From: Nemertoderma westbladi
Taxonomy: Eukaryota > Animalia > Xenacoelomorpha
Length of the DNA stretch: 64,000 nt
Direction: 5' to 3'
NCBI GenBank assembly: GCA_032718475.1
Contig: JAUCBJ010006570.1
Location: forward strand, 43,916 to 107,915
Below are positions 34,901 to 47,789 of the stretch, in pieces; the stretch's first letter is position 1, and every line of letters starts with the position of its first letter. The position numbers and the translations under genes are program-made. The notes beneath the pieces were generated by a model that worked only from the letters and a program-made list of their open reading frames with translations, was not told the origin of the DNA and searched no databases.

Positions 34901-35179
34901 CCGAAGTTTAGCAATATTTTCGGCTGCATTCCTTTCTGTTTCCTCGATATCGCCGTCTGTCGCGAGAACAAACGCTTCGTCGGTACTACAGTGGCTGCCG
35001 ACAACGAGATCTCCAGTCGTTTTTTGGGTATCACCCCTCTGTCCAGAATCTCTTCCTCGGGAATCCACGAGTTCTCCGCCCTTAGAATTCGACAAACCAT
35101 CCACAGGGACGTAGGGACCGGCAACCACATTGGGAACCGGATCGCCCAACACGATGTCATCCTTATTTGGCACAGACAT
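31842..35179 (-). pseudogene. gag: Bel/Pao gag and protease of element C, split into 34073-35179 and 31842-33926
   Basis: FDGTASKWPGF (DUF1759-like); CICCDLSH..C, CFVCLGVGH..C and CNVTDC..H..LLH; protease LLDNGSQ, ILLGAD and LGWS. Confidence 0.9.
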
Positions 35180-35266
35180 TTCGATGTGTTTGGTAAACGA
35201 GTCGACGAGGAGCGAACGAGAAACTGTTGGATTTGGAGAAGAAAGAAACTTAACTCATCAGAAGGG

Positions 35267-35284
35267 TTCCCGGCATCGGAACCA
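35267..35284 (-). promoter_or_regulatory. Canonical PBS of element C (TGGTTCCGATGCCGGGAA), tRNA-Glu-like
   Basis: Starts 2 nt after the 5' LTR with TGG. The complement ...TTCCCGGCATCGGAACCA resembles eukaryotic tRNA-Glu 3' ends; the isotype is recalled, not searched. Confidence 0.8.
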
Positions 35285-36216
35285 AATGTAAAGCCAGAGT
35301 TGTGGCTGGCTTTCGATTATATTGTTAGAAATTGAAAGATCGTTATATGTGGAATACAAAATGTCAGTTTATTGTTACGTTACATTTAATGTGTTACATT
35401 TTAATGCTTTCGAAATTCCCTGGCAGTTATTATTGAAAGTACATAAATATGGATGATAAATGAATACTAATATACTACAAAGGGTAAGCGCAGGGCAATA
35501 CACTAATCATAACGGAATACTGATTGGTATTAATAAAGTCACAGGAAATCTGAGTATCAATCAGCTGATTAAATATGGTGATAACGAGAGGTTTCCCTAC
35601 AGTAAATCTATTACATTACCAATTTACAACAAACCAATCAGTGACTCGGCTCCCAGCTGAGAACTCCTAATTGTATTATTTGGATTTCAGTGGAGGCAAT
35701 ATCGCCAGCTGATATGTGTTACAACACACTACATGGGTCAATTGCTGTTCTCTTTATATGTGACTAAAATTAGTGAAGGTCGGCAGATCAGTGTGCAGTA
35801 TTGTGCGGTACCGGTAGTGTGCATGACTGTGACAGATAACAAAGCATCTCCTAAAGAATGCGCCTTATACGTGAATCATTAGCCATCCCGTTGTGTTTAG
35901 TGTAAGTCATAGCTCTGTTTATATATTTAGAGCACCACGTCCTAAAGGAACTGTTAATATTTCCCGAAAGTGAATAATATTTGTCAGAGATTATATATTA
36001 ACGATCAATCGAATAATACAGTAGGCCTACACAGCAATAAGGTCAGAGCCCCCGAATCCAGTCTCCCGGGTATATCCAGCGGGTGAATGGTCGCGCATAG
36101 GCTGGCTTCGGCTAATGTAGTGTATCCAATACTCGTCATAGGCTAAAGTCGATTTACAAACTAAAAGACACCTAAAATTAGCGGGTTAAACTGCTAAAGG
36201 TCTAAAAGTGCGAACA

Positions 36217-36228
36217 ATAACAGTTATA
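36217..36228 (+). promoter_or_regulatory. Non-tRNA primer-site candidate of A (ATAACAGTTATA), complementary to LTR site 26550-26561 / 45608-45619
   Basis: No TGG after the LTR; perfect 12-nt complement TATAACTGTTAT inside the LTR. An exact second copy lies at 36285-36296. Confidence 0.6.
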
Positions 36229-38489
36229 AACTCTGATTGCAGTATAGGCAATAAATATAGTTGACTATTGTTCTGGTAAGAACAATAACAGTTATAGCTT
36301 CTTTATTGCAGTAAGCAATAAAGTTGAAAAGTACCGGTCGACCGGTAACCTGTAGGCCTAACTACCTAACCACCAGAACCGGTACTTACAGCAGTAAAGG
36401 TACTAGTATTATTTCGATTGTGATATATTGTATATTGTAGGCTGTTAGGGGATTAGGGATTGATCACCCCTTATTCCTTTGTATGGTTTACTTATTTCTG
36501 TCAGTTTTATTTATCTGTAGGCTAATATTGAGCAGAAGACGTGTAAGCCTGCTCAGATCGTACAGATAATTTGTAGGCTGGACTGTTGTCTGACTGTTGA
36601 TAGGTCTGAACGGATTGCAGTGCATGTAGAGTGTATGTCCGATAAAGTGCCGGTTAGGAAAGTAGGGGCATCCAGTACTGTAAGGTAAATCCCCCCCCCC
36701 CCCCCCCCCGAAAGAATAAGTCGTACTACTAGGTTAGAACGCATACTAACTAACCATTTCGGAGTCTGCATGTACTGTAATTTATTTAGGCTTGATAGTA
36801 GTCTGCCAGCGTTTAGTCTGTATTTTGTTTGTGTAGTCTGTACAGGTACCGTAATATTTCTTATTCAGATAATTTATAGGCTAGATTGTTGTCTGGCTGT
36901 TGTTAGGTCTGAAGAGATTGTAGTGTGTATGGAGTGTATGTCCGATAAAGTGCCGGTTAGGAAAGTAGGGGCATCCAGTACTGTAAGGTAAATCCCCCCC
37001 CCGAAAGAATAAGTCGTACTACTCGGTTAGAACGCATACTAACTAACCATTTCGGAGTCTGCACATACTGTAGTTTATTTAGGCTTGATAGTAGTCTGCC
37101 AGCGTTTGGTTTGTATTTTGTTTGAGTAGTTTGTACGGGTAGCGTAATATTTATTATTCAGAGTTTATGCGATTATTCGCAACATTCATACCCCCAAGTT
37201 TATTCCTACAGTAATTGTGCTTGTTATATATACCATTATAGTTAAATTAACCCCGGTACTACATCAGGGCTGCTTGGCGTAGGTAAAGACTGGTGATTTT
37301 GTGCCCCGGTCACTCCAGCAGATATCGTGGTTCTTTTAGCTGTTCAAGTATTTTAACTACTGATTATTTGTTGTATAAGTACTTGTACCTAATTTAGGGT
37401 TTAGTGTACAGTGCTTCCCGAAGGTAATTAGTGTGTAGGCAGTATATTTGTGTTGTAAAGTGGTTAATAGGCACGTTGGTTCTGGTAGACCGCGGTAATT
37501 AACTTCTAGGTAGGAACACTCCGTGATACATAACGTAGTACTTATAGCGATACGGCTATAAGTCGTCAGACGGTGGTATTTTTCCTATCTGGACAACGCA
37601 GTATATTTACTACTGCTTAGTTATTTTCAAATACCGTAGTACTCTGTCCGTTGTAATAACCAGATAATCTAACCCTTTGTTAGGCTGGTTTGTAGACTTC
37701 TTGTAAAATTACCCTAAAATTCGTACGTGTAATTTTTGTGTTTATTTAGAGATTGTAATCTCACCCCGAATTGTATGTAATTTGTAGTATTAAGTAACTT
37801 AGGTAAATTAGAATTATTTGTTTTAGTGTCCAACAAGTAGCACTTCACTGAGAGCGCACAGCTTCTGTGTGGTGACTCTTTCCCAGAAATAATAACATTT
37901 ATTTCAAATATTGACAAAACCCATTAAAACGGGTATATATATTATAAATCAACTCAAACCGATTTATAAAATAGTAGGCCTGCCATACAACAATTAGGTC
38001 TCAATATCAGTTGGACTACTGCTTAAATAACGGTAATAAAGTAAGTTAAAGTAACCAAGTAACCCCTAAAATTCAGAAATTTAATTATTCTAAAATAATT
38101 GATATACCGGTATTTACAATAGACTTATTATATTTATTTCTATAAATTTAGGCTGAAATTATACCGGTATTCTGTAATTAATTCTAGTCCATAATTATAC
38201 TTATATATACTATAAGTGTAAGCTGTATACCGGTATTCATGATAGGCCTATTATGTATTTATATATATTTGTGCTGAAATTACATACTGGTATTCTGTGA
38301 CAAACCTAGTCTGTAATAATACTTATATATATTGTAAGTATATACCGGTATTCTAATATATTGTATATATATCACGTTACATAGAGTAACGATATCGGTA
38401 ATTAATTACTAGGCTAACAGTTGATACTGAATTACTAGACTTGCTTTAACTGTAATATAGCAGTAGGCATTCAACTGTACAAATCTAAT

Positions 38490-41400
38490 ATGTCTGACAC
38501 AAAACGGGCACTGTCAGATAGTCTTTTGAAAGGTGTTAGAATGAGTCTTCGACTTGGACAGTGTCTTGAAAGGATAGAAGACAGAAAAGAAGCGGAAAGA
38601 AAAGTAGCAGCGGCAGAAGCGGAAAGAAAAGCGGCAGAGGCAGTGGCAGAAGCAGAACGGAAGGCGTCTGAAGCGACTACCCAACTAGAGCTGGAAAACC
38701 TTCAGGCGAAACAAGATTACTTGAAGAAACAAACCAGAAGACAGGGATTTGCCTCCTCCGATGAAGGTGATATAAGAGATCCCGAAAGTAGAGGTAATAA
38801 ATCTCGTTCAAGCGGACGTAGAAGAACGCCACACCGTCAGAAGTTATCTAATTTCCCTCTTGAGGTGAGAAGGCGACTGGCTAGTGTAGACTTAGGTAAT
38901 CTTGAACCCACAGACCAAATTATTACAGTAGAAAGACTCCCTACTATAGTAGATGAGCCTGAAATAATTAGGCCTGTTCTCGAAGCCACCCCTTCGGTGA
39001 TAGAGACACCTGTACTCCCAGAACCTACCTCTAAACTCCCTTTGCACAGCACGAAACTACCTGTGCCCAGTAGGACTGTTCCCGAGTCCGAACCCATCCT
39101 GGACGCCGAGCGAGATATCAAGAATTTATCGCCCGTCGTCTCTTGCTTGCCAGCTACTACGTTGGCGACTCCCGCTTCGGCGGTCGAGTGGGTAGCTGAG
39201 GAACGACGGGAGATGAGTCTCCTGCTCGGGCAGCTGAGGGAACATTGTAAATGTTCCTCCCAGCAGGTCCGGGAGTTGGAAGGGACTGTTCAGCAGTTAA
39301 AGGGAGCAGTAAGAGAGGGTAGGTTAGCTTTGCAAGAAGTGCAGCAAAGTATCACGTTAGAACGCGATAAGTTAGTAAATTTACAAAAGGGTATACCACC
39401 ACCCTCTGTAACAATGTGTCAACCTGTTAGGTCTGAAGTATTTCATGCGCAAGGTGTGGAGCCTACACGCATCTATACTGCTAGTGAAGTAGAAACTCCT
39501 ATAGTAAACCCTATTAAGGGTAATTATAAACCTGTTGACAGTGATATTCCATATAGACTTGAAATTTATATACCAATAACTCGATATTAAATAATACGAT
39601 GGCCCAAGAAAGTTTTACGCGTCAAATGGCTAGAACCGAAGCCCGTCAAGCGGTAAAGATGGGAGAGATCGTCAAGTTCAATGGAGATGAGATGAAATGG
39701 TTACCTTTTAATGAATATTACAAAGATAACATACAGAACTCCGTGTTATCTAACGGAGAAAAGCTTAGATTCCTCATCGAGTGCTTGGAAGGATCTCCCA
39801 AGTTAATGGCGTTAAAGTTTATTGGACATCCAGATGGATTAAGACAAGTTTGGGATACACTAAACATCAGGTATGGTAATAGGACTAACATAGCTAGGTA
39901 TTTATATGCAAAATTAATGGCGCCCCGAAAGTTTCTTAGCAGCGGGATTATAGAGTTTTCCGACGAGATTCAAGAGATCTGTAGACAACTAGATTGGTTA
40001 GGTAAGTCTCATGAATACCAGAATTCTATGGTTGTAGGAGCCTTAGCATCTACTTTGCCCAAGGGTGGAGTAGGTACACGCTGGGACAAGAAAGTGTTAT
40101 ATATGATGGAACAACAACGAAGAGACCCTACCATGGCTGATCTCATGTCATTCTTAGATGGAGAGGTAAAATTACAGCTTCTAAAACAGTCCAGAGAGAA
40201 GACACCGGAAAATAAGGTAAGTGAGAAACCCGTTTCTAGGAGAAAGGTAATACCAGTGTGTTATACAGATGACGGCGAAAGCCAGGCTTCTCAAGAGGAA
40301 GACAGCGGGAAAGACACTGAAAGATCTTACTATGACAACACAGCACCTAAGGACGTAAGTAAATTCAAGTCTCGAACCAATGACAGGAGAGAACAGGTAA
40401 GAAAAACTCCTCCTACGTCTCCTAAGAGAATTCATGTAAGAAAGCCCGAGGAATGAACTAGTGTACACAACGTTACCCAAAGTAAGGTAAGTAACATCAA
40501 ACCGAAATGTGCGCTGTGTGACGGGACCCACCGTTTAAGTGCATGTGATGAATTCCTGAGGAAATCACTCAAGGATAGACGTGAAGTCATGTGGGATAAG
40601 CGGTTGTGTTATAATTGCCTCAGACGAGGACACCAACGGCGAACCTGTTACTCCGACGCAAGGTGTGCAAAGTGCGGCGCAAAACATCATACCTTGTTGC
40701 ACACTGAATTCGAACGAAACAGCCCGAGTCAGGTAAGTGAGTCCAAACTACATGTCCAATTCAGTGATGTGAACGACACTGACCAAAGTTCTGAGATGGA
40801 AGGATTCTATACGGACGAATTCTCCGACGAAAACGAATCCTGTTACTTGATAAATACCGCAGTGTATCGAGCACTTATGTATGAAAGGGACACTGACAGC
40901 GAGCTCCCTCTAACTAATTCTGACCAACAACCATCTTGGAAAGCACCAACTTCCAATGTAGGAATCCGAGAGTTTCCTGTGGTGCAGTTGAGGGTCCACG
41001 GACCTAAAAGGAGTTATATAGTGAACGCCCTCCTTGACTCCGGTAGCACAGGAACATTCATCGACAAAGAACTAGCCGAAGACATCTTTGCTGGACAACC
41101 CAAGTTCCGAACTAAGTTAAACATGTCAGGAATTATGCAGGTTTGGAAATCTACAGTAATAGCGGATTATTATGTAGGTGCGTTGTCCACCCCCCAGGAT
41201 GAACTAGGAGAACATAGTATAAGGTCAGTAAAAATGGTGGCGATAAAGAACTTCGCTACCAGCCAAGTAGAACCTTATAACTGGGATGAGGACGATTCCA
41301 CCCAGCAGCTTAATATACCTAGATTCAACACAGATTACCCTGGAGTGCAAATACTCATCGGCCAAAATGCGCATGAAGCGCTTGAGACATTGGAGAAACG

Positions 41401-41938
41401 GCCTGCTCAACCGCAACCATTACAAGTCTATGCGGGAAGAACTAGAGTAGGTTGGTACTTTACTGGCCCTTCACATAGAACTCTAATGGAAAGATTACCA
41501 AAAGAACAGGTATATCAATTAAGTGAATGGGAAGTGGAGAGCAGTGAAGTTGACGACCCAACTGAGGGAACACCATACTCCTCAGATAATGACGATATTA
41601 ACTCCAATGTAGATCAATGGAGACATTGCCCCGAGACGATTAATCTAGCCGACATCGCTTCCAGAGGAGCAACTCCTCAAGAACTGACAGATACTCCAGA
41701 CCGGTTAGGTAGACCCGACTTCCTAAGTAAAGAAGATGAATGGCCTCCTCATCTTACCCCGGCGAAGATTAGACAGGCCAAGGGAGCGGAGAAAGTAACA
41801 CAACCACTCAATCGCCCAGCTGGTCGTTTATGTTTACTGGAAAGAGACCGAAAACTGTCCGGAAACTATGGAAGGCAAGATACTCTTCCCACGACCACCT
41901 CCCTAATCCAACAAATATCTAGGGACTCCATAACGTAA
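38490..41938 (+). pseudogene. gag: Gag-protease ORF of element A, homologous to 17582-22234; large N-terminal deletion, frameshift near 39560 and stop at 40454
   Basis: Three ORF pieces (38490-39590, 39599-40456, 40589-41938) are colinear with and highly similar to the B protein, including the same pol vestiges. Confidence 0.92.
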
Positions 41939-43573
41939 CAACATACAGAGTGGGTGTGTGACTATATTATTTTATATTTATTTTTATTATTTTATATTAT
42001 GTATGTATTATTATGTAATTTTATTATAATCGTTTTCTTTAATTTTATTTAGTAGAATGTTATTTTAGCGATTATTTAGTAGATTAGTGCAATATATATT
42101 AGCGTTTATTACTTAATTACCTGTATATTATATTTAGTGCGACGGCGAGAAATAATTCTTTTTTTTCTTTCCTTACTGTCCGTATTACATTATAAATACG
42201 TGACTACAGTAAGATGAAATATCCGTACTTATTAAAGTACAATAAAGCTCCTACTATATTCAAGTATTATTGGTAAGCAGAGTATTAGGAATGCAAAGTT
42301 CAGATCCTCGTGTCTCGGCTAAACCAAGCTCTGGGTAGACCTTGGAAACGACTTGCCTCTTCTCACTGACATTGCTTCGTGCGATATTGCTCTCATACCG
42401 TATATTAAATAATACATATAGTAGCGTGATGTCCCTTTAACAGTAGCGTATAACGCAAAATAAATCTGTTAAACCCTTTGACCATCTGCAATTCTAGTCG
42501 ATTAAGATATCGCGGCACCCACCGATATACTTGAAAGCAAATTCTAGAATCAGTGGTTAACGTCCCCAGACAAGTTCTGGAATAAACTGGTGCCCATCCT
42601 AAATATTAATTATTAATATTTACAAAATCTGTCAAATTTCAGATCCTTTAAAATTCTAGTCAATTAAGATATCGTAGCACTTACCGATACTCTTAAAAGG
42701 ACAAATTTCCTAGAATCAAGGATCCCAGTCCCCAGACATGCTCTGGAATAAAATTGTGTCTATTTAATATTAAATAATAAAATTTACGGGAATAAATTTA
42801 AATTCATATCTTTTAATGAATTTGATAAATTGTTATTTTATACAATTTATAACATTCCCAAAATTCCATTAATTAATAGATCATGGGAGCGGAGATTCAC
42901 CCTATTAAGTATATTAGTGTGCGAGAATCTCCAATATATAGTCAATAGCCGACAAAATTCATAAAATCATGTATAAAGAGGAATATTGACAATTAAAGAA
43001 TTACTATTAAATAGCATCCCAGATCTGTATGCATGAGAATTACCCTAATTCTACCGCTAGCTTTCCATAATGTCACCATGGCAACAACCACGCTAGAATT
43101 AGAAGTGAGTTAAAAGAACAATAAAGGCTTGCCCCATTGAATAGCATAAGGAATAAAATAGCACATTGCTAGTATCCCAGGATACCCAATAATAACGTGG
43201 CATTCTGGAAGGCACTGACTAAAGGACAAATGGCCCGAATATGTGCGGTTTGTGACAGTTGTGTGGAATTTGTGCGTTTATAGGTGAATGTTACTACTAA
43301 AGTGTGTTTACAGTAGCGAGTCGCAATTGTGAAAGTAGCCCTAACTCTCCAGTAAGAACCTGAAGTATATCTAAGCCTTTGGGACGGACGGTGGAGTGAC
43401 TCGTGCTGGTTGTTGTGGTCGTTGTGCAGCTACGACGTTGGCGATAGGCACATCGGCGAAAGTACACCAGCGCTGAGGATCTTGCACTGTCCGGGGGCAG
43501 AGAGGGGTAGGCAGCGACGCCCGCTAGCCTAAATATAAACTCATTATAATATTAATAAACTCATATAGCAGAT

Positions 43574-45094
43574 ATGACTGAGTTGATAGAAGATGATCTT
43601 GGTGTCAGGGGAGATATACTCTACCGTTGCAGGCGTTTGTTGATAGCTTAATACGCGGCGATGCTGGTCCAACTGCTGCGGAGGACGATGGTCGTTATAT
43701 CGAACCGCCAATGTCCCAAGAGCAGCTCACGCGTGAGTTGGACTATAGAAAATTCACCGCTCGCTATACGCATTGTAATGGTTCGTATATGGACTTCTTA
43801 ACTACTGGTCATCCTATCGACCTACACGATACGGACGATATAGACACCGAAAGGGAAATGGTTTTATTTAAATATCATACCCAGCGGAAGCGGAACGATA
43901 AACTGAGACTCGAACACGAAAATTCTATTCGAAACCGACTCGAAAGTGAAGATGTTGAAGAGCCGGATAAATGCAGCGACTTCAATAAATATCTGGAATT
44001 CTTGAGAGAAACATATCTCAATATTACCAGTCAACAGAATCTAGAAACTCGATATCCTCAAGGTATACATCATGACCGCATGGTGGAACTCAAGCGGCTC
44101 TGTTCCACTATGATGTATCTTACCGCCGATCGACCGCTACCTGTTGTACCGGATGGCTTCGAGCAGATGGGGGAGTGTTGTGAACTGGAGAGAGATCACT
44201 CGCGTTTCCCCTACAAGACGTGCGTCTTTGGTATTATTGCGATGGGTGCCCTAGACCCAACCAACAAACGGAAAGACCTAAACATCCGCGGAGACGTTGC
44301 ACTAAACACGGTTTTACTCGCTATACTTACGGGAGTTTCGAGCGAAATTTGTTTGACGTATCACCTACGCTCGTTCGACTCAGACGATCCTTAAATAAAC
44401 CAATGATCAGAGTTCCGGAATACTCGATCAGACCTCCTCATTCCCTAGTGAGACCTCAGACTCTTGATCCTAATAGTATGACGGATCCTCCCGAGCTGTA
44501 CTCACTGTTCAAAGATCTAGTGTTACCTGAACAGTTAGTCGGTGGCACCCGGTTGTGGGCTTCCTAGATATTAGCCCATCCTACCTAGCCAGATTGGGAT
44601 GCGGACATTTAATGTCGCCGTTTGACCCTTGCCATCGTCCCGGTTTAACACCGATACAACCTGTCACCAGAGTGGAGGAGAGCGTTGTGCCAAGCGCGTT
44701 AGACGCTATTCTACAAAAGATCAGAAAAGGAACCTACGCTTGTTCAGATAAACGTAAATTGCACTAGCAGGTCCAAGCGGTAAACAAAGTAACTTTATCT
44801 CAGTTCGATCGGGAAATCCAGAATCTCTAAGAAGTTATCGAACTTGGACGACCCTATTCTCCGCGAGAATTTTTGGACGGACACATCCAACGACAAGCGG
44901 AGGAAAATCAGCTCGAGGAGAAGCATATCGAAATGGACGAGACACCGACCGTAACCCTAACCTTCTGATGCAATTGTATTGCACCCTTCGCCCAGGAGTT
45001 ATAACCCTCCTAGTAAAGTGGCTCGCCCCAAAGAGAAAAGGACTCTCGCTAGCCTCAAAAAACTGCGTAAACGCCGTCCGCGCAAGAAAGACTA
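43574..45094 (+). pseudogene. Extra (env-position) ORF2 of element A, disrupted; basic C-terminus ...LASLKKLRKRRPRKKD*
   Basis: ATG at 43574 (MTELIEDDLG), then a 1-bp frameshift into 43627-44394. The ends are homologous to B ORF2; the middle is unrelated. Confidence 0.7.
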
Positions 45095-45173
45095 ACTGTT
45101 TAGAGTATTTTTATATTTTAGAAACTGTGATTTTTTATATTTTATAGAATTAAATCCCATTTTCTGGGAGCGG

Positions 45174-46336
45174 TGTAAAAGCTTTTGCGGGATGTAACTG
45201 GCCCTTTTTCTCCGCAATCCAGTTTTCCCTCAATGCGCTCAAATACTCTAAAACGACCTTGCTCGAGTGATGCATTCTGCTGGCTGATTGGCCGATTTGC
45301 TGTACGTATGGCCTCTTTGTTCTGTTCGATTAACCAATCAGAACAATGATCGACCAATCAGAGCGATTTAGCCTTGTGTTGGCTATGGGCTGCAAAGGCT
45401 AGGGAGGTTTGGCATTTAGACGTTCGTGGAACCTATAGAATCCGGAGTTCTGCCAATGAGAGCTATTTCTCTTTGTGTTGAAAGCCTGCCTACAACAGCC
45501 CACAGGTTTCAGTGTGTTGGTTTTCCTGATGCCATGAACATCGGCTATGGAATTATTCTGTTTCAGACTTTAGCCAAAACATTAGAACGGCTTTGATTAC
45601 CGGAACGTATAACTGTTATCCTGCCTGTCAAATGCTATACATATCTTTCACCGCATTATTTTACTGCTATTTACTGTCGGTTATTAATTGTATCTGTTGA
45701 TGGAAAATTGTTATATTTGGATAATATCGAGAAATAATTATAAAACCCCATCTTCTTGATATACTGAAGGTAAGAGACCGGTTACATATAGCAATTGCGA
45801 CTTATATGATATTGGTTTTGGAGTGAATCTAATGCTATTTCATAGGCACTACATGGGTCAATTGCTGTTCTCTTTATATGTGACTAAAATTAGTGAAGGT
45901 CGGCAGATCAGTGTGCAGTATTGTGCGGTACCGGTAGTGTGCATGACTGTGACAGATAACAAAGCATCTCCTAAAGAATGCGCCTTATACGTGAATCATT
46001 AGCCATCCCGTTGTGTTTAGTGTAAGTCATAGCTCTGTTTATATATTTAGAGCGCCACGTCCTAAAGGAACTGTTAATATTTCCCGAAAGTGAATAATAT
46101 TTGTCAGAGATTATATATTAACGATCAATCGAATAATACAGTAGGCCTACACAGCAATAAGGTCAGAGCCCCCGAATCCAGTCTCCCGGGTATATCCAGT
46201 GGGTGAATGGTCGCGCATAGGCTGGCTTCGGCTAATGTAGTGTATCCAATACTCGTCATAGGCTAAAGTCGATTTACAAACTAAAAGACACCTAAAATTA
46301 GCGGGTTAAACTGCTAAAGGTCTAAAAGCGCGAACA
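45174..46336 (+). repeat. 3' LTR of element A (1163 bp, uninterrupted)
   Basis: Joins the three pieces of the split 5' LTR across both empty insertion sites (GAATTATTC|TGTTTC and GGCACTACA|TGGGTC). Confidence 0.95.
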
Positions 46337-46757
46337 CTATCCAATGCGCTTCTAACTCTGTGCTCGGATTTTGCATAGTGTCAAAACCTACCACTTAACC
46401 CCCCCCAGCGGAGGGAACGGAGTGACCGGAGCGCCAGTACTATCTTTCATTATAATGAAGTAATAAGGGCGGTGGGTGGGGTAGGTGGTGAACACTATTT
46501 ATAGGGTGGAGGGAGGGTCTAGTATATTACTTTAGGATATTTGATTTCTTTGCAATATAGTTTAGCTGCCTCAGTCTTATTTATAATATGTTATACATTA
46601 TACTAAATTATATCAAGTTTTAACATACTACATTGTCTACCTGTAGGATAAATATACAATGTAGGGCTCATAATATATTTATAAATAGATTTTGTATATT
46701 TACATTGTATAACAGAGTGAATTGATACTTTATAATATATAATATAATTTATACTTT

Positions 46758-46902
46758 ATAATATAATTAATTTTGCCAGTTCAACCAAAAACGTGTTTTC
46801 ATAATATAATTAATTTTGTAAGTTCATCCAAAAACCTGTTTTCATAATATAATTAATTTTACAACATCACCAAAAACGTGTTTCCATAATATAATTAATT
46901 TT
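46758..46902. repeat. Short ~43-bp AT-rich tandem repeat (ATAATATAATTAATTTT...CCAAAAACGTGTTTTC), 3-4 copies
   Basis: Direct reading. Confidence 0.75.
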
Positions 46903-47388
46903 GGCCGAATTCAGCCACCGTATCAAATGGCAATTTCTGGTATATTATCTATTTCACTATCTTGGGTATATCATTCAATTTCTAAAACTATAATAATAAA
47001 CATTTACTTCACTTCTTGTTTACTCGCAGGGATATATTAATATAAAATACGTCAGTATAATATGTTATGGGGCCAAACCCAGCGTAATCAGAGTAATGTT
47101 TAATTATTATTACAATTGGTATATTAAAGTAAGTAGTGAGTTTGATAAAATAATTATGAATCCGTATCTCATTCTACTTTGTCTATATGGTTATCTTATA
47201 TATTAATGTTACTTTATCAATTTGGTTTAAACTCATCTCCTTTATATCTACGTACTACCACTACTAACTACTATTACTACTACTACTTACTACTGCAGAG
47301 TTAGGTGTATATTATAAGAGGACGGGGTTCGTGATTATTAGTTATTATCTAAGTGCCCCTCGGCTATAGAGAGTCCACCCTCGGTTGC

Positions 47389-47760
47389 TTACTGGGTCTT
47401 GTACATAAGAGTTACCAGATTTTGTTGCACTCGATATTCTATTGGTAGCCAGTTTATGGTTTTGTAGTGCGATGGATAGATGTAGCTGCGGTCCTCTAAA
47501 GATAAGCAATATCGAATGCACTTCCGCTGCAGTGCCTCAAGCTTGTTGCGCCAGATTGAGCTGATTGAGTAGAACCAGACAGCAGCAGCATAGTCCATGA
47601 GTGGCTGTATCAGCGCGTTACATAGTAGGCGACTTAGGTTGTAGTCTAGTACCCCGGAGAATCGGTAAAGAAATTTTAATCTAGAATTCTCTTTCTTGAC
47701 TATCGCGGTGATCATAGACTCTCCGTTCATTGATTGGTCTAGTTTGCAACCAGGTAATGT
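47389..47760 (-). pseudogene. 3' fragment of a CR1/L2-group LINE ORF2
   Basis: NSRLKFLYR, LCNALIQPLMDYAAAVW, KLEALQRKCIR and INWLPIEYRV are typical post-RT thumb-region motifs. A (TAG)n-like tract lies downstream at 47253-47294. Confidence 0.8.
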
Positions 47761-47789
47761 GACAACAGTTCGGTTCGATATGGGTTTCC

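Larger units (their letters stand above)
26796..35726 (-). mobile_element. Element C: full-domain but frameshifted Bel/Pao LTR retrotransposon inserted in the 5' LTR of A
   Basis: 440-bp LTRs at 26796-27235 and 35287-35726 (3 substitutions seen). Flanking duplication CACTACA. Domain order gag-PR-RT-RH-IN on the minus strand. Confidence 0.95.
13705..46336 (+). mobile_element. LTR element A (Bel/Pao-derived, non-autonomous gag-protease type), host of nested insertions B and C
   Basis: TG...CA ends and TSD CTATC (13700-13704, 46337-46341). The 5' LTR is split into 13705-14089, 26501-26795 and 35734-36216; the 3' LTR 45174-46336 is intact. About 10 differences between the LTRs by eye. Confidence 0.92.
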
